Positions 61,254 to 64,000 of a stretch of 64,000 nucleotides of DNA are shown here, one piece after another; the stretch's first letter is position 1, and each line of letters begins with the position of its first letter. Source of the stretch: an uncultured Nitrospiraceae bacterium (GTDB lineage: Bacteria > Nitrospirota > Thermodesulfovibrionia > Thermodesulfovibrionales > Dissulfurispiraceae); NCBI GenBank assembly GCA_963705105.1, contig CAVPIW010000007.1, positions 292,715-356,714 of the forward strand, given 5' to 3'. The notes below the pieces were generated by a model. The model was given only the letters and a program-made list of their open reading frames with translations. It had not been told where the DNA came from and ran no database searches. A program made the translations under genes and the position numbers.

Positions 61254-62624
61254 GAGGTAAGATCAAAAAGTGTGTAAATGAGTGAGAAGGCGGTGTATCC
61301 TTAATCAGTTGACCTGGAATCAACAAAGAGAAAGGAGACACCACCATGGACAAGAGTATCACCGAGGCAGTTGAGCCGTCAAGGGCGACGTACGAGGCAT
61401 TGGAAGGGATAGTTCGGCAGAGAGTCCAGGAATACATTCAAGACATACTGGAAGAGGAAGTCGAGATCTTTTTAGGGAGGAAGAAATCCGAGAGGATCAA
61501 GAAGGTGGATAGCAAGCGGGGGTATTGGAACGGACACGGGAAGGGGAAGAAGTTCACGCTGATGAACGGGACGATCACGGTCCGACGGCCCCGTGTGCGG
61601 GGAGCGGAGGAGCGATTTGAGAGCAAGGTCCTGCCGTTATTCATACGTCGGTCAAAAGAAGTGGGGCAGTTACTGCCGGAATTGTATCTCCACGGACTGG
61701 CGCAGGGGGATTTTGATTTAGCGCTTCGGGGGTTATTGGGAGAAGGGGCGCCGCTGTCGTCCTCGTCGATCCAGCGGCTGAAGGGCAAATGGCAGTGCGA
61801 ATACGACGAGTGGAAGGCTCGGGATCTTTCCGGGCTTGAGGTCGTCTATCAGTGGGCGGACGGGATATACGTGAAGGCCGGGTTGGAGAAAGACAAAGCA
61901 GCATTGCTGGTGATCATCGGGGCGTTGGTTACGGGGGAAAAGATCCTGCTGGCCTGCGAGAGCGGGTATCGGGAGAGCAAGGAATCCTGGGCAGGGGTCC
62001 TGAGGGATCTGACCGCTCGGGGACTGAAGCTGGGCACATTGACGGTTGCCGATGGTCATTTGGGGATATGGTCAGCGTTGGGAGAGCTTCATCCCGAGGG
62101 CAAGGAGCAGAGGTGTTGGAACCATAAGATAACCAACGTGCTGGATGCGATGCCCAAGAGGATACGTGCCGAGGCAGGCGAGTATCTCACCAAGATCCCC
62201 TATGCAGAGACGCAGGCAGAGTGTGAGAGGCTCAGGGACAGCTTTATCAGCCGGTATGGGAGGGATTTTCCGAAGGCGACGGAGACCCTGAGGAGAGATT
62301 GGGAGCGAATGGTGACGTTCTATTCATTGCCGAAAGAGCACTGGGTGCATATCAGGACGACCAATGTGGTGGAGTCACCGTTCAGCGCGGTGCGTTTGAG
62401 AACGGATGCGGCGAAGCGGTATAGGAAAGTCCAAAACGCGACGGCGATGATCTGGAAGTTGCTGGGAGTCGCTGAGAAGAGATTCCGCAGGCTCAAGGGA
62501 TATTGGTTACTGAGGGATGTCCACGAGGGGAAACTCTTCACAGACGGCATTGCCGTCGAGCAGGAAGAGTCTGTCGAAAGGTTCGCCGCCTGATGGCTTT
62601 TTACACACCTATTGACATGACCTC
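61254..62624 (+). mobile_element. IS256-family element, copy 2 (apparently identical to copy 1)
   Basis: Same inverted repeats; 9-bp TSD TCCCGTAGC. Confidence 0.95.
61346..62593 (+). CDS. IS256-family transposase
   Basis: Translation identical to 58917-60164. Confidence 0.95.
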   Translation: MDKSITEAVEPSRATYEALEGIVRQRVQEYIQDILEEEVEIFLGRKKSERIKKVDSKRGYWNGHGKGKKFTLMNGTITVRRPRVRGAEERFESKVLPLFIRRSKEVGQLLPELYLHGLAQGDFDLALRGLLGEGAPLSSSSIQRLKGKWQCEYDEWKARDLSGLEVVYQWADGIYVKAGLEKDKAALLVIIGALVTGEKILLACESGYRESKESWAGVLRDLTARGLKLGTLTVADGHLGIWSALGELHPEGKEQRCWNHKITNVLDAMPKRIRAEAGEYLTKIPYAETQAECERLRDSFISRYGRDFPKATETLRRDWERMVTFYSLPKEHWVHIRTTNVVESPFSAVRLRTDAAKRYRKVQNATAMIWKLLGVAEKRFRRLKGYWLLRDVHEGKLFTDGIAVEQEESVERFAA

Positions 62625-62674
62625 TCCCGTAGCTCCGATCAACAGGATTGTCTTCATGATGTCTCCTTACTTTC

Positions 62675-62743
62675 GTCTAACATTATTCTTTCGCTGCCGA
62701 CTGTATTTAATCACATCATAGCGAAAAAAAGAGGGCGAGTCAA
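62675..62743 (-). promoter_or_regulatory. Array-head promoter (Pc-like) and attI-like core site
   Basis: TTGACT (62743-62738)-17-TATGAT (62720-62715), then GTTAGAC (62681-62675) with no attC hairpin before it. Confidence 0.65.
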
Positions 62744-63217
62744 TCAGAAAGACTGGTTTTGGTGACGTTTTGGGGCTAAAGTAGCCGTCTTATATTACCG
62801 AAAAGGCATGTTATGTAGTCACTGCATGGTAACAAGAATTTGTTATTTCAGCATCTTCCGTTCTCAGGCACACTCATTTCTATGGAACTATGCATCATCC
62901 TGGGTCCGTCATTTAGGCGGACCTTCGGAAGCATCCTGCTCTCCCATTATGGTCCGCCGGTGGCGATGTTGTTTTGGAAATCATCCGAATGGGCGCGATG
63001 CCTCTTGCACGGAGTTGCAGGTATATCTCCACTCCGTCTGACAGCACAAAGAGCGGTGTCATGGCTGAAGTATCGCATCCGCGGAACGAGTCCTGTTGAA
63101 TGCCGGATAGCAACGGACCATCGGAATTTCGCATTATTGCAAATGCAAACCTCATTTTCGCAGGAATGCAAAGGAAGTGCTGCAGAAGAATGATGGAAAT
63201 ACAATAAGAAAGAACAT

Positions 63218-63233
63218 TGGCACGGGACGTGCT
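63218..63233 (+). promoter_or_regulatory. Sigma54-type -24/-12 promoter
   Basis: TGGCACGGGACGTGCT (GG-N10-GC), about 40 bp upstream of ATG 63273. Confidence 0.6.
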
Positions 63234-63272
63234 TATATGAATGGCATGATCAGCTCAAAAGGAGGCAGGACG

Positions 63273-63593
63273 ATGAAAACGAATGAGACGGCAAAAAAGG
63301 GATTGGTCATCGGGGCAGGCATCGGGGTCGTCCTGTTTGCGATCATCGGGTTTCTGCCCGGCTCGTTCATCGGCGTCGTCGTCGGCTTGAACATTGCGGG
63401 GATGCCTCTGGAGCCGACGATCGGCACGCGGATGATCATGGCGCTGTCGATGGTGTTCGGTATCCTCGTGGCGGGCTTTCTCTGTGTGACCGGCACGGCC
63501 CTGGCGGGATGGATCGTCGGGAGCATTGCAGAGCATGTCCGGACGGCACGGGCGCAGGAAGCGGCGGAGGAAGCCGCGGTCAGCCGGAAGTAA
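63273..63593 (+). CDS. Gly-rich small membrane protein (paralog 1)
   Basis: RBS GGAGG; GA..G...F...G..PG...G...EPT...R pattern. Confidence 0.75.
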   Translation: MKTNETAKKGLVIGAGIGVVLFAIIGFLPGSFIGVVVGLNIAGMPLEPTIGTRMIMALSMVFGILVAGFLCVTGTALAGWIVGSIAEHVRTARAQEAAEEAAVSRK

Positions 63594-63641
63594 GAGACGA
63601 AACGCAACGGTATCAGAAAATACAAGAAAAGAAAAGGAGAA

Positions 63642-63965
63642 ATGGAGATGAAAGACATGGTGAGGACGGGGACGAAGGCAGGGGCGGCACTGGGAGGATT
63701 GGCCTTCGTGGTGTTCGGGATCATCCCGGGATATCATTTCGGCAGCTACGGGACGCTGCTGATGCTGAAGCACCTGCTGGGAGAGGCCGTGGAGCCGACG
63801 ATCTTTGTGAGGCTGGCAGTGGCGGTGGGGATCATCTTCGGAATCGCCTGCATGGCATCGGTGAGCATCGTGATGGGCTCGATCGTGGGGACGATGTTCG
63901 GGTATGTGGCGAAGGCCTTCAGCGGAGCGGCGGAGACGAAGAAGACCGTCGAGGTGAAGCAGTAG
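63642..63965 (+). CDS. Gly-rich small membrane protein (paralog 2)
   Basis: Same pattern as 63273-63593; RBS AAGGAG. Confidence 0.75.
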   Translation: MEMKDMVRTGTKAGAALGGLAFVVFGIIPGYHFGSYGTLLMLKHLLGEAVEPTIFVRLAVAVGIIFGIACMASVSIVMGSIVGTMFGYVAKAFSGAAETKKTVEVKQ

Positions 63966-64000
63966 ACGGACGACCAGGACAAAGCAAAACATCCGGGGGA

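Larger units (their letters stand above)
60405..62657 (-). pseudogene. NmrA/isoflavone reductase-like cassette gene interrupted by IS256 copy 2
   Basis: Removing the IS and one TSD gives MKTILLIGATGNLGSQIARALL...LLVRPGS...RRFIPSSF; RBS AAGGAG. Confidence 0.88.

Noticed and set aside
58825..62624. Composite transposon carrying the NmrA-like gene
   Set aside because: Each IS has its own TSD, and copy 2 interrupts the gene.
62760..63270. Integron integrase next to the array head
   Set aside because: No ORF with tyrosine recombinase motifs on either strand.

Overview
GC-rich bacterial chromosome segment. Gene content resembles an anaerobic Nitrospirota/Deltaproteobacteria-like organism (inference only). 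The core part (about 2-49 kb) carries rlmD, a two-component pair, glgA-galT, an RNase Z-like gene with surE-pcm, an ABC exporter, a 5-oxoprolinase/hydantoinase, a diadenylate cyclase, a P-type ATPase, a cbbQ/norQ-cbbO/norD-type pair, tRNA-Phe, and a NuoE/F/G-like flavo-Fe-S operon whose NuoE subunit is fused to a receiver domain and whose Fdh-like subunit lacks the catalytic Cys/Sec. Three non-ORF layers are the most interesting. (1) Integron-type cassettes with attC sites but no integrase in the window: a small cluster at 0.66-1.44 kb and an array of about 7 cassettes at 53.1-62.7 kb with its own promoter and attI-like start, hit by two identical IS256 copies and a group IIC intron fragment. 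(2) Ends of RAYT/Y1 HUH transposase genes and a short end motif (TGTCA...GNC/TNNCCC) repeatedly bound duplicated, truncated or captured DNA (cassettes, a vapBC module, an IS66 end, an intron fragment), suggesting HUH-driven capture and reshuffling coupled to integron cassettes. (3) About 10 intergenic palindromic elements at 11.4-35.3 kb share ends (ACCTT..GTTGCA..GAAAGGCGGGGCG) and have interchangeable, nested interiors, with 6-mer and 8-mer tandem repeats. All calls were made by eye from the sequence and the ORF track; no database search was run.
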